DNA from: Candidatus Poribacteria bacterium
GTDB taxonomy: Bacteria > Poribacteria > WGA-4E > JAJDTR01
Assembly: GCA_965222225.1 (NCBI GenBank)
Contig: CBDCTK010000002.1
Location: 2,112,001-2,176,000 of the forward strand
Direction: 5' to 3'
Length of the DNA stretch: 64,000 nucleotides
Shown: positions 1 to 9,726 of the stretch, in pieces
Layout of the letters: each line of letters opens with the position of its first letter
Position numbering within the stretch: position 1 is the first letter of the stretch
Program-made: the position numbers and the translations under genes
Notes under the pieces: generated by a model
Database searches by the model: none
What the model saw: only the letters and a program-made list of their open reading frames with translations
What the model was told of the DNA's origin: nothing

Positions 1-592
1 CTGAGATGAGAGACATCTCGGGATCAACACGAGGCATTGTGGTTGTTGAAAAGAGGGACCTTCTAACAAACTCGGGAGAGACCGTACGGTCACTGTGGCT
101 ACGATTGCCAGCTGTCTGGTTCTGCTCAATAGCATCGGAAATACTCATTTCCTGCTTCGACCTGTTTTGGTCTTGACTCCTGGCTTTTGAGGTAGAGGCT
201 ACGCCCATTGCACGCAATAGCTTTGAATATCCATCGTCGAAATTCTCTCGCGATGTGAAATCCGCGTAGAATTTATCAGCCAAAGCTTCAGGCAAGTTAC
301 ATTTATCGACAAGAATAGGTAGTACAGCCACTATTGACCCCGCGATTTCTTTGGACATTGCTAGGCTAATCTCTTTCTGTACCCAGCTAGACTCAATAGA
401 ATTCTTCGAGATTATTACAGCAACATACTCCATATTCTTTATGCCGCCAGAGATTTCTTCAATCAGCGAGTCCCCGACATTTAACTCATCTTCGTCAAAC
501 CAGACCAGCACGTCATCTGATGTGAGTCGCGCGGCTAAATCCCGTACAAACGGCTTATCTGTTGAATGGTGGCATAAAAACACAGATGGCAT
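1..592 (-). CDS. TIR-domain (TIR_2-like) protein, 3' end runs off the window start
   Basis: Manual translation (absent from the ORF track): MPSVFLCHHSTDKPFVRDLAARLTSDDVLVWFDEDELNVGDSLIEEISGGIKNMEYVAVIISKNSIESSWVQKEISLA. This is a typical bacterial TIR pattern including the WxxxE glutamate. GGAGG RBS precedes the ATG at 592. Confidence 0.85.
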   Translation of the reverse strand, partial: MPSVFLCHHSTDKPFVRDLAARLTSDDVLVWFDEDELNVGDSLIEEISGGIKNMEYVAVIISKNSIESSWVQKEISLAMSKEIAGSIVAVLPILVDKCNLPEALADKFYADFTSRENFDDGYSKLLRAMGVASTSKARSQDQNRSKQEMSISDAIEQNQTAGNRSHSDRTVSPEFVRRSLFSTTTMPRVDPEMSLIS

Positions 593-686
593 CTCATCCT
601 CCATTTCTCTCTACAACAAAGCATCAAACGCCTGCAATTGAGTAGAGCTAGATTTCCGCGTTCCCAGCAGTGTTTTGGTCATCTTT

Positions 687-843
687 TCAACGCGCATAGA
701 CAACCTTCTCATCAAGAACCGTCAACGCTTCCTGCTCCAACTCATAGGCTTCGGTCTTTTTTTGATTGGCCTCTAGAACTTTGCTGTTTATCACCCGCTA
801 GGTATTTTCATCTCGCAATAAAGGCACTGCAACTTCCGAAATC
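687..843 (-). pseudogene. C-terminal remnant of a type I R-M specificity (HsdS)-like gene
   Basis: Translates as ISEVAVPLLRDENT*RVINSKVLEANQKKTEAYELEQEALTVLDEKVVYAR*. It resembles the HsdS terminal helix, has an internal TAG at 798-800, and no 5' part is present. Confidence 0.45.
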
Positions 844-877
844 GGTTGAAATAAATCTGGACGCTCGTGAACTGAAC

Positions 878-1927
878 CTAACCACGCCGCAAGATTGTCC
901 CCTTCGCACCGACTACCCAACTCCGATTCTTGTGAAAATGGATGTCGAGCAGATTTAGAGTCGTAGATGTCGGTTGCGTTGTCCACGTCTTTCCACCGTC
1001 GGCGGTGTGTAGAATCAACCCCTCCTCGCCAATCGCCCACCCTTGTTGAGGGCTAATGAATTCCACACCACGTAATGTCTTTTTCACCGGCGGCGTTTGA
1101 CGCTCCCACGTGTTACCACCATTCGCAGTGTGCAAAATCAATCCGTTCGCGCCAACAATCCAACCGGTGTCGGCATCTGCGAAATGAACGCCCAGAAGTG
1201 ACTGCTCGGTATTGCTCTGCTGTGCCAACCAGTTTTTGCCGCCGTTCCGCGTGTAGACGATGGCTCCCTTTTCTCCAACAGCCCATCCGTTTTTACTATT
1301 TGGGAAATGCACTGCCCAAAGATGTGAATTCGAAGCTGTTCGTTGTTTCTCCCAACCTCCTCCGCCATCAACCGTGTGGAGAATTGTGCCATACCCGCCG
1401 ATTGCCCACCCCTCGGTGGCACTGACGAAATAGATGTCGAGTAACCCTTTGTCAACTGGAGTCGCCTGATGCGACCAAGATTTTCCGCCGCTCCCCGTAT
1501 AATGTACCTCCCCCATCCGGCTTACCGCCCAACCGTTGGTAGCCGTGGAAAAGTGGACTTTATTGAGAGCGATTCTAGAGATAGCTTTCCGCGGTGACTG
1601 CTCGTTCCACGTCAACCCGCCATCGGCGGTTGACAGAACCAGCCCCTCCGTGCCAACCGCCCATCCGCGCTTGCCATCAACAAAGTGCACCCCGTGCAGG
1701 TGCGCCCTCGTTCCCGATTCGATGAGTCGCCACTTATCGCCATCCTCGTCTTGGCTGCACCCAAGATTATTGACAATGCAGATGAGAACAATTAAAGCCA
1801 GGCAAATTCGTATTATCAAAGTTGTACTCCCTTCGCATATAAGGTCAGAGATTAGGTTTCCATGACTAGTGTATTCCGTTGAATTCATGCAAGTAGAAAT
1901 TAATCGCAACGCAGGAATCTTGTGCAA
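878..1927 (-). CDS. YCF48-like / BNR (Asp-box) beta-propeller, probable lipoprotein; true start likely downstream of 1927
   Basis: Repeated GWAVG...ILHTxDGGxxW blades; hydrophobic leader ending in LGC. Confidence 0.85.
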   Translation of the reverse strand: MHKIPALRLISTCMNSTEYTSHGNLISDLICEGSTTLIIRICLALIVLICIVNNLGCSQDEDGDKWRLIESGTRAHLHGVHFVDGKRGWAVGTEGLVLSTADGGLTWNEQSPRKAISRIALNKVHFSTATNGWAVSRMGEVHYTGSGGKSWSHQATPVDKGLLDIYFVSATEGWAIGGYGTILHTVDGGGGWEKQRTASNSHLWAVHFPNSKNGWAVGEKGAIVYTRNGGKNWLAQQSNTEQSLLGVHFADADTGWIVGANGLILHTANGGNTWERQTPPVKKTLRGVEFISPQQGWAIGEEGLILHTADGGKTWTTQPTSTTLNLLDIHFHKNRSWVVGAKGTILRRG

Positions 1928-2117
1928 TTTTCATGACCATTCAACAGAACGTCAAAAATTACCGATATTGTCAGTACGAAGGGAGTCTAACTACACCTGG
2001 GCAAATGCCAATTCGTTCATAATCTGCACATACTGTCCGAATTCTAGGCAATTGAACGTGACGAGAAGGTCGATCGACACGCACAACGAAGTCTACTTTG
2101 ATTCGAATTTCGCCCAA

Positions 2118-3533
2118 CTAGCTCAGATGGAAGACTGCCATCTTGGTTTCGGTCATCTCTTGCACGGCATACTTGGGACCCTCTTTGCCCATACCGCTCT
2201 CTTTAAGACCGCCGTAAGGCATCAAGTCCGCCCGCCACTGTGTCCCCCAATTCACCATCAAGTTGCCTGAATCCACTTCGCGTACAAACCGCATCGCCCA
2301 ATTGATGTTCTCGGTGAAGATTGCGGCGCTCAAGCCGTAGACCGTGTCGTTCGCGAGCGCGATTGCTTCGTCAATGTCGCTCACGCGCGTCACGCCAACC
2401 GCGGGTCCAAACACCTCATCGCGGGAGATTTGCATGTCCGGTTTGACATCCGACAAGATTGCGGGGGTCACGAACTGGTCGTGTTTTTCACCGCCGGTCA
2501 ACAGCTTCGCCCCGCCGTTCACGGCGTCCTGAATCCATTCACTAACGCGAGCGGCATCCGATTCGCGAATCATCGGTCCCATCTTCGTCGGTTCATCAAG
2601 CGGGTCGCCGATGCTAATCTGCTCAACTTCGGATTTGAAGGCGTCGAGAAAATCGCCGTAAATCTTGTCGTGAGCGATTACCCGTTGCGTAGAAATACAG
2701 ACCTGTCCGGCATTTGAGTAACCAGACATGGCAGCCGCTTTCGCCACCTTTTCCGGATCGGCGTCGGGCATGACAATCAGAGGCGAGTTTGAACCGAGTT
2801 CCATTGTTACTCGTTTTAAGCCTGCCACATGGCAGATGTGTTCGCCGATGTCGCGACTGCCCGTGAAGGTAATCTTCCGCACGCGGCTGTCTGAACAGAG
2901 CGCATCGCCAATCTCACTGCCGGCGCCCGTCACGCACTGGATGGCTTCCGGAGGAGTGCCGGCTTCCACAAAGAGTTCGACTAGTTTTAGCGCGGATAGC
3001 GGTGTATCTGTGGCAGGTTTGAGGATAATCGCATTGCCGGCGGCGATGGCAGGTCCCGCTTTGTGGCAAACCAGATGCAACGGAAAATTGAATGGACTAA
3101 TCCCGGCAATTATGCCGCACGGCACACGCACCGTAAAGCCAAACTTCCCTTGAACGCCTGGGGCGCCTTCGAGGGGAATCACTTCGCCGTAAAGCCTCTT
3201 CGCTTCCTCTGCCGAGAGGGCGATAATCTCGGCAGCGCGCGTTGCCTCAATCCGCCCTTCGGCAAGAATCTTCCCCTCCTCCATCGTAATAATTCGGGCA
3301 AGTTCCTCCGACCGCTCGATCATCAATTCCGAGACTTTGTGCAGAATTTCGTACCGCTCAAATCCTGTCATCTGCGCCATGATTTTTGCGCCGCGTTCCG
3401 CTGTTTGCAACGCTTTCTCTATATCAGCGGCATCACCTTTGGGAACAGTATCAACGACTGAACCATCGTATGGACTCAGGACCTCAATTTTCTGGGATTT
3501 ATCAACCCACTCGCCACCAAGGTGCATTTTCAT
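2118..3533 (-). CDS. NAD(P)-dependent aldehyde dehydrogenase
   Basis: PFNFP, FTGS, ELGSN, catalytic GQVC and EVFGP motifs; GGAGG RBS. Confidence 0.95.
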   Translation of the reverse strand: MKMHLGGEWVDKSQKIEVLSPYDGSVVDTVPKGDAADIEKALQTAERGAKIMAQMTGFERYEILHKVSELMIERSEELARIITMEEGKILAEGRIEATRAAEIIALSAEEAKRLYGEVIPLEGAPGVQGKFGFTVRVPCGIIAGISPFNFPLHLVCHKAGPAIAAGNAIILKPATDTPLSALKLVELFVEAGTPPEAIQCVTGAGSEIGDALCSDSRVRKITFTGSRDIGEHICHVAGLKRVTMELGSNSPLIVMPDADPEKVAKAAAMSGYSNAGQVCISTQRVIAHDKIYGDFLDAFKSEVEQISIGDPLDEPTKMGPMIRESDAARVSEWIQDAVNGGAKLLTGGEKHDQFVTPAILSDVKPDMQISRDEVFGPAVGVTRVSDIDEAIALANDTVYGLSAAIFTENINWAMRFVREVDSGNLMVNWGTQWRADLMPYGGLKESGMGKEGPKYAVQEMTETKMAVFHLS

Positions 3534-3580
3534 CGGTATTTCCTCCGTTTTTGTTGTTAAGCCAAGTTCAACCCATTCCG

Positions 3581-3604
3581 GTAGGTCGGGCTTCTAGCCC
3601 GACC
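3581..3604 (+). repeat. GTAG-type REP-like palindrome
   Basis: gtaGGTCGGGCT-tct-AGCCCGACC hairpin beginning with GTAG. Confidence 0.6.
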
Positions 3605-3958
3605 CGCTAGCGGGATAATATACAAAGACGCAATACAACTTCCGAAAAAAGCGAAAATCCCACAACGTTCGATAGGCAGCAACTTGGGTCACTGTACTGT
3701 ATTGACAGTCGAAATGAAATGTCCGACCACAGTTTGAATAAGTGCGGGAATTCTATTGTCACTTGATTACTCGACATCTGAGCGTATTTCCGTTGCACAG
3801 TTAGAGATATTCCTCCAAATTACCATCTCTGTCCCCTGCTGTCAATCTGAAATTCGAGGCTTTACCGGAGTAATTATCAATGAAGAAATCACTCGTGATA
3901 AGGAGCAACACCGTGATTCAGCACACGGATTTTCAATGGCATTGCAACGGCTTTTTCC

Positions 3959-3987
3959 TTGACCAACGTTGATTCATAGGATACAGT
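3959..3987 (+). promoter_or_regulatory. sigma70-like promoter of the 4040 gene
   Basis: TTGACC-N17-TACAGT about 50 bp upstream of the ATG. Confidence 0.4.
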
Positions 3988-4039
3988 ATTGCCAAAATTC
4001 CACGAGGTATGATTTGCACAAGCAGAACATGGCATTTCT

Positions 4040-4519
4040 ATGATTCCTAGCTACGAATTCCTACCGGTCTTGATGCAATGGCTGCATGTTGGCTCCGTCG
4101 TGTTAATGATTGGCGGTTTTTTCTTTCTGCGTGTCGTTCTGCTGCCTACCGCCAAAGTTCTCCCCGACCCGCAGAAAACCCATATAATTGAAGCTGCATT
4201 TCGGCGATTCCGTGTAATTGTTTGGATTGCCCTCCTCACAATCCTTGTGAGCGGTATCTACAATTTTATAGTCTTCATTAGATCGACTGGCAATCAACCA
4301 GCGACTAATCCGAATCAGGTGGACTACTCCATATATATCGTGGTGCTTGGGGTCAAATTCCTCATTGTAACTCTTATCTTCATACTTGGGATTGCCCTGA
4401 CCTTCCCGTACCCCGTGTGGGCGCCCATTCAGAAACATCCTATCCCTTGGTTAAACGTGACCTTAGTTCTAGGACTTATTGTTATATTCCTCTCCACCTT
4501 CTTGCGCCGAATGTATTGA
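4040..4519 (+). CDS. CopD-like integral membrane protein (about 4 TM)
   Basis: WLHVGSVVLMIGG, LVSG and GVKF patterns typical of the CopD-like membrane family. Confidence 0.7.
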   Translation: MIPSYEFLPVLMQWLHVGSVVLMIGGFFFLRVVLLPTAKVLPDPQKTHIIEAAFRRFRVIVWIALLTILVSGIYNFIVFIRSTGNQPATNPNQVDYSIYIVVLGVKFLIVTLIFILGIALTFPYPVWAPIQKHPIPWLNVTLVLGLIVIFLSTFLRRMY

Positions 4520-4594
4520 GATCGGTACCGCCGACTTTGGCGCAGTGCTGGGATTGCGTCCCCTACATCGCTACATCGGTACCATGAATCAATA

Positions 4595-6865
4595 TTACTC
4601 AACCTCAAGGGCACTCTGTCCTAACACTTGCGCCAAGCCCTGACCAGTGGCCTTTAATCCCCGACGAACCTCGGCATCGGTCGGAGAAAGATTCATCGCT
4701 GCCCAATATTTTGCCATCGCGTTATCATACTCGCCCTGATTCAAGTAGCACATGGCAAGTTGGTTTTGGGCGCGTGCGAGAAGGTTCTCAATTTCACCCT
4801 GAATTAGTCTGTGTGGAGGCTGACGAATTAGCTGAGATTCAGTCGCCAACAGGTTTTGATACGCGATTGGATTGATTGGAGCGATAGCCAGTGCAGACTC
4901 AAACGCACTTATCGCTTCTGCAAAGTTGCGCCTTATTAAATAGAGGTAACCGATGGAGTTGTGAATATCGACGCTTCTCTCGTCCCGCGGAATGGCCTCA
5001 AACTCGGTCAAGGCGGCGCTATACCTTCGCGTATTCAAGAGTTTGTTTGCACGAATTGTCCTAAGATAAACCGACTCACGCCTTACCGCGTCGTTATTTG
5101 GATGGATTCGCAATGCACTCGTGAATGCCGCTTGTGCCCGATCGAGATTCCCGGCGCGTTGATAAACACGGGCAAGACTCACGTGGAGATTAACCTGCGT
5201 CGGCGTAACGGCAAGCGCTTGTTGCAGTTGATTGATAGCCTCGTCGTGCCGGTTTTGCATATCAAGGTATTTGGCATAAGTGGAATAGGCGACAACAAGA
5301 TTATGTCGGGTTTGGGATACGTTCGGTTTCAACTCGTAGGCAGATTGAAATGACTCAATCGCTTGTGTATATGCGTTCTGTTCGAGGTACAGTTCACCCA
5401 GTCGACTGTACGCATCACTGTTGCCGCTTTCTAATGCCGCGAGTTCGCGGTAGCTGGCAATCGCCTCATCAATGTTTCCCAGTTCGCGATGATGTTTGGC
5501 GCGTTGCAAGAGCGCGTCAATCATATTAGAGCGCACAATTGTAAGTGTTGGCGCCAAGGCTAATGCGCGGTTATAGGCGTTTATGGCGTCGTCCCATCGC
5601 TTCGCATTTCTCAACTCGACGCCGTGATTATTGTGACACTGTGCAAGCACATCTTGGATTTTCCGATCAACAGGGTTGGCCTCAAGCGCCTTTTGGTATT
5701 GCAGAATAGCTGTGGCAAAATGGCCGCGCTTCTCGTAACTGTCACCCATCAAACGGTAAACTGCGCTCGCGTCGCGAGCGGCATACCGGAGTGCCTTCTC
5801 GAAATAGACGTTGGCTTGAGCATAATTCTCGGTTTGAAGCGCCGAAATCCCTTTTTCCCTAAAGATTTGATGAAGATTATGTTGCGCGGCAAGGTCGTGC
5901 GAATTCTGATTGATTGAGTCTTGAAAAGCCGCGATTGACTCGTCAATTTTCCCGTTTCGGTAGTACATCACGCCAAGGGTGTTGTAGGCATCGTGCGACG
6001 GCGCCTCTGCCAGCACGTCGTTGAGCAACTTGATGGCTTGCTCATAATGGCCAAAATCCTGATAGACTTGGATTAACTTTTGGCGTGCGGGTTCGGAGGT
6101 TGGATCAAGCGCGAGGGCGGTCTTAAAGTGTCCGATTGCTTCCCTGATATTTTCTTTGTCAACCGTTATAGTGCCTAAGAGGTAGTGTCGGCGGGCATCG
6201 GCGGCAGATCCATCAAGGCTCTCCTTGATTGTCTTAATCGCAATCTCATGTTGCGGCGTGCTCTGGGGTGTGGCGTAAACACGCAGGAGTGTATTAATGT
6301 CGTATGGGGACGGCTGCACCTTGGTGGAGGTGTGAAATTCAGCATCGCGCGAGTCCGGGCTATGCCCCCACAATCCGACCGCGTGCCCAAATTCGTGGAG
6401 GCAAATTGCGCGCAAACGCGCCGGATCGCTAACCACGCCGAGTTCAGGCTCGTGCGGAACGAGGATGATCTCAACCCTAATGCCATCTCCATCAAGACGT
6501 GTTAGCTCGGCTTTGGCTCCTGTTACCTCGGCGATTGGCCAAAGTCCGGCTCTTCCCCAACTCACTCGAATGTCGGCGTCACCATTGGCTTGCGTCTCCT
6601 CAAATTGGATACTCCCTCCCGACGCCGATTCCCATTGGCGCATGCCGTAACGTATCGCGTTCAGATAGGCATCCGTCCTTAGCATCGAGGATACGTAGAC
6701 ACGAATCGGCATCTCGGTGAAACGCGCGATTCGACCACTGGAGAAAATGGTAATATAATCAAAGTAATCCTCTTCAGAGACGGAGGCCTTCGGTAATCCG
6801 AAAATTGCCGACCAGAGACAGATGAAAAACGCTATCCTTATACGCTCTCGATTCGTTTCTCCCAT
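4595..6865 (-). CDS. Secreted matrixin/M10-like zinc metallopeptidase with a long C-terminal TPR array
   Basis: Signal-like N-terminus, HEFGHAVGLWGHS zinc motif, many TPR repeats. Confidence 0.88.
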   Translation of the reverse strand: MGETNRERIRIAFFICLWSAIFGLPKASVSEEDYFDYITIFSSGRIARFTEMPIRVYVSSMLRTDAYLNAIRYGMRQWESASGGSIQFEETQANGDADIRVSWGRAGLWPIAEVTGAKAELTRLDGDGIRVEIILVPHEPELGVVSDPARLRAICLHEFGHAVGLWGHSPDSRDAEFHTSTKVQPSPYDINTLLRVYATPQSTPQHEIAIKTIKESLDGSAADARRHYLLGTITVDKENIREAIGHFKTALALDPTSEPARQKLIQVYQDFGHYEQAIKLLNDVLAEAPSHDAYNTLGVMYYRNGKIDESIAAFQDSINQNSHDLAAQHNLHQIFREKGISALQTENYAQANVYFEKALRYAARDASAVYRLMGDSYEKRGHFATAILQYQKALEANPVDRKIQDVLAQCHNNHGVELRNAKRWDDAINAYNRALALAPTLTIVRSNMIDALLQRAKHHRELGNIDEAIASYRELAALESGNSDAYSRLGELYLEQNAYTQAIESFQSAYELKPNVSQTRHNLVVAYSTYAKYLDMQNRHDEAINQLQQALAVTPTQVNLHVSLARVYQRAGNLDRAQAAFTSALRIHPNNDAVRRESVYLRTIRANKLLNTRRYSAALTEFEAIPRDERSVDIHNSIGYLYLIRRNFAEAISAFESALAIAPINPIAYQNLLATESQLIRQPPHRLIQGEIENLLARAQNQLAMCYLNQGEYDNAMAKYWAAMNLSPTDAEVRRGLKATGQGLAQVLGQSALEVE

Positions 6866-6901
6866 CGGTAATCTCCATTGAATATGGGGCTCGCGAATGA
6901 A

Positions 6902-7246
6902 TCACTCGCTTTGAGATGCGGGGCGATGGAACTGCAAAAATTCAACAGGGGCGCCATCATGAACGATATAGGCAACCGTGACGCCTTCGATCGGTGTGGT
7001 AGGTTCAACGATAACCTCCGCCCCCGCTACAGCAGCTTCAATGTCATCTACAACATAGGCGACATGCGGAAGCGTCTTCAGTATTTCCGGCAGTGGACTA
7101 TCAGGTTCAAACCGCAACCAATCCACGCGATACGGATTGCCCTCCAACCCTGATATGTGTACCTTGAACGCTTCCACATAGGTTTCGTTCTCACGTGGGA
7201 CGTCGGTCGGAATGCTCATGTGGTGGAACTTCAATTCCTGTTTCAT
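6902..7246 (-). CDS. VOC/glyoxalase-like protein
   Basis: FHHMSIP...PHVAYVVDDI...PVEF pattern. Confidence 0.75.
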   Translation of the reverse strand: MKQELKFHHMSIPTDVPRENETYVEAFKVHISGLEGNPYRVDWLRFEPDSPLPEILKTLPHVAYVVDDIEAAVAGAEVIVEPTTPIEGVTVAYIVHDGAPVEFLQFHRPASQSE

Positions 7247-7343
7247 ATTCTTGGGAATGTCTAATTTAACGAGATTTTAGGCAGGGATGCCTTTGCTATA
7301 GACAAGCATTGTTGGGAATACGATGTCTCAAGCGCGAAACAAT

Positions 7344-7808
7344 CTAAAGGTCAGGCCCATAAATGATGGCTTCATCAATCCGTCGATATTCGAGAATGTC
7401 ACCTTCGTCAAACAGGATGCGCAGTTCGCGTTCGGCGTTCTCAGGTTTGTCTGAAGCGTGAACAACATTGTGGGTAATATCAATCGAGAAATCACCGCGA
7501 ATGCTGCCCGGCGCAGATTCCATCGGCTTGGTCGCACCGTTAATCAGGCGGACAAGTTCAATTGCGTTGTTGCCCTCAACCGCAAGCGCTACAATCGGAT
7601 TTGATGTCATAAAGTGGACCAGATAGTCATAAAAGAACTTGCCGAGGTGAGGGGAATAAAGTTCCTCTGCTTTGCCTTTGGGAAGGGTGAGAAGTTTGAG
7701 CCCAACCAGTTTGAGGCCCTTACGTTCAAATCTAGTGATTATTTCACCAATCAAACCGCGCTGAACTCCATCGGGTTTAATCAGTACAAGCGTTCTCTCC
7801 TGTTCCAT
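7344..7808 (-). CDS. ndk: Nucleoside-diphosphate kinase
   Basis: ERTLVLIKPDGVQRGL...GSIRGDF...NVVHASD. Confidence 0.97.
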   Translation of the reverse strand: MEQERTLVLIKPDGVQRGLIGEIITRFERKGLKLVGLKLLTLPKGKAEELYSPHLGKFFYDYLVHFMTSNPIVALAVEGNNAIELVRLINGATKPMESAPGSIRGDFSIDITHNVVHASDKPENAERELRILFDEGDILEYRRIDEAIIYGPDL

Positions 7809-7930
7809 CTATTCTCCTGCCAAGTAAATTGTTGATTTTTTCAAAACAACTTAACGCGCCCTTATCAGCATGTGGAAAAGAGCGACGCTTGAACGACATG
7901 ACGCATTGCCAATCGCTTACGTCCGCGCTC

Positions 7931-8497
7931 CTATGAAACCCGCCTGATACAGAATTTCTCGAACCGGATCCAATGTTCCCCATCCGGCGGTCCGTTGTAA
8001 CACTGGATACTCACCTGATCGTCGCCCGGCGCAGGAAGTTCTCCGGTCGCCGCCGTTTGGAAATCCGCATCTCCATCGGCACGATACTGGGCCTCCCATG
8101 AATTAGCCGTGACTAAGAGACGTAATCGAACGCTCGCCGCCGGCATTGGCGCCCTCCCGGGGATGATGAATAGCTCGCCATCAACCAACTCCTTCACCTC
8201 TTTGAACACCGGCTTACCATCATTGTACCACGTGATTCCCGCCTGCTCGAACTGCTCCGTAGGACTGGTGTGATTAGTCACGGTCACCTCAATGGCAAAT
8301 GCGCCCTCATTGCGGTCTGGCGCAGGTCTGACTAACGCATTTCTGACCGTATCCGCCTTGCCCGGCTCCACGCAAATTTCCAGACCGCCATCTTTGATCC
8401 GCCAGAAGTCCGAATGCTCTCGTATCCAGGACCATCCGGAACTCAGCGCGCCATCGAATTTGTCCTCAAAGATAACTTGTTCATCAGTTGAGTTCAT
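7931..8497 (-). CDS. Concanavalin-like beta-sandwich protein (DUF1349 / beta-xylosidase C-terminal-like)
   Basis: DKFDGALSSGWSWIRE and FEQAGI motifs. Confidence 0.65.
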   Translation of the reverse strand: MNSTDEQVIFEDKFDGALSSGWSWIREHSDFWRIKDGGLEICVEPGKADTVRNALVRPAPDRNEGAFAIEVTVTNHTSPTEQFEQAGITWYNDGKPVFKEVKELVDGELFIIPGRAPMPAASVRLRLLVTANSWEAQYRADGDADFQTAATGELPAPGDDQVSIQCYNGPPDGEHWIRFEKFCIRRVS

Positions 8498-8796
8498 GCA
8501 ATCCTCGATTCTTGATTATAGGTTTAGTATCAAAATTTGGATATGTGTTCATTTGGGAGGTTGTGTTTTTGACCATGAGACAGATTAAACACTTTCCTGC
8601 TCCCGCAGTGTAATCATCCAGCCGTCAAAGTTTGGAGTTCCCAATCTATCAAAGATTATATCATGTATACGAAAAGAGTAAAACAAAAAATAGCTACAAT
8701 CACTGCCTCGCGAAACGGCATCATGCGCGGCGTTCACCCCGCATGGACGCTTCTGAACATGAGGCGCAATTCGCCTGCGGCCACCCCGTTTGATAT

Positions 8797-8825
8797 TTGA
8801 CAAATTTTTGCCACCTAACTAGAAT
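8797..8825 (+). promoter_or_regulatory. Near-consensus sigma70 promoter
   Basis: TTGACA-N17-TAGAAT. Confidence 0.55.
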
Positions 8826-8950
8826 ATCATTCAAATAGGAAAAATGGTTGCCATTTCACGTGAATAACAGTGCATACGGTGTTTTTCAATTATACTATTA
8901 TGGCACGACCCATACCAACTGTTGCCCTTCACACCAAACCCTGTAGGCGG

Positions 8951-8987
8951 GGATCAAGTTACCGAACAGGGAACGCGATAGAGATCC
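8951..8987 (+). repeat. GA-tandem hairpin cassette copy A, inside a GTAGGCGGGG...CCCCGCCT REP
   Basis: ggatcaa GT ta CC gaaca GG ga AC gcgatagagatcc. Confidence 0.85.
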
Positions 8988-9357
8988 TTCTGCCCCGCCT
9001 TGGAAGGCTTAATTGACGCTATTAATGCACTGCGAATATAGAGAAATGGTATTACATCTTGGCCAGCAGCATTGTACCCGTAAGAGCTGCTGTCAAATCG
9101 GCACAGAATGCTTTTTTGGCATATTGTTGCACCAACCCTGCCGAGAAAACCTTGATGTGATTGCGTACTGCGGGGCACTAGGTATCGAAGTCATTATCAA
9201 AGATAGGGTATTACCGAATTAGTAAGCAGCCTGAAACTCAGATGGAATACCTGGCGTCCGGCAGACATCAGCACTTCAAGATGCTAGTGGTTCGGGAATT
9301 AACCTCAAGTGATTTTGGCATACGATTTGCTCAACGTCTAGCCCTGAACCATAAGAC

Positions 9358-9600
9358 TACTAGGTTCTGTTGACATTTATGTTGGGCGGGCGCGTAAATC
9401 GAGGGAGGCACCCAACGGGTGGGAGACCCAACCCCTACGGCTGCCGGCGTATGCCGCGTTTCATTGAGCGCAGACTCTGCCTCAATCGTAGGGGATCAAA
9501 TGAGCGAATGGCGAATGCGATAGTAATCTTCTTGCCTCGCCCTCATTTTTATGCCTCCCTCAATAATCTGGTGACGATGAAATGTCAACAGAACCTAGTA
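9358..9600. mobile_element. MITE-like element with perfect 21-bp terminal inverted repeats
   Basis: TACTAGGTTCTGTTGACATTT (9358-9378) and AAATGTCAACAGAACCTAGTA (9580-9600); CTAG at both ends; no transposase. Confidence 0.75.
9493..9529 (+). repeat. GA-tandem hairpin cassette copy B
   Basis: ggatcaa AT ga GC gaatg GC ga AT gcgatagtaatct, between GTAGGGG and the REP arm TGCCTCGCCC. Confidence 0.85.
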
Positions 9601-9726
9601 GATGTGATACACGCTAATCAAAAAGTGGACGTATTCGATTCCCCGGCGGCGTCAACCTCTAAAGCAGAGCAGACGTCTTAAGAATTGAAAACATTCACTT
9701 CTCACATGCGGCAAGGAGGTAATGCG

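Noticed and set aside
878-1927. Photosystem II assembly function for the YCF48-like protein
   Set aside because: It is a generic BNR propeller and no photosynthesis genes are present.
8600-8790. GC-rich hairpins as a tRNA or riboswitch
   Set aside because: No cloverleaf, T-loop or recognisable aptamer consensus is visible by eye; an Rfam scan would be needed.
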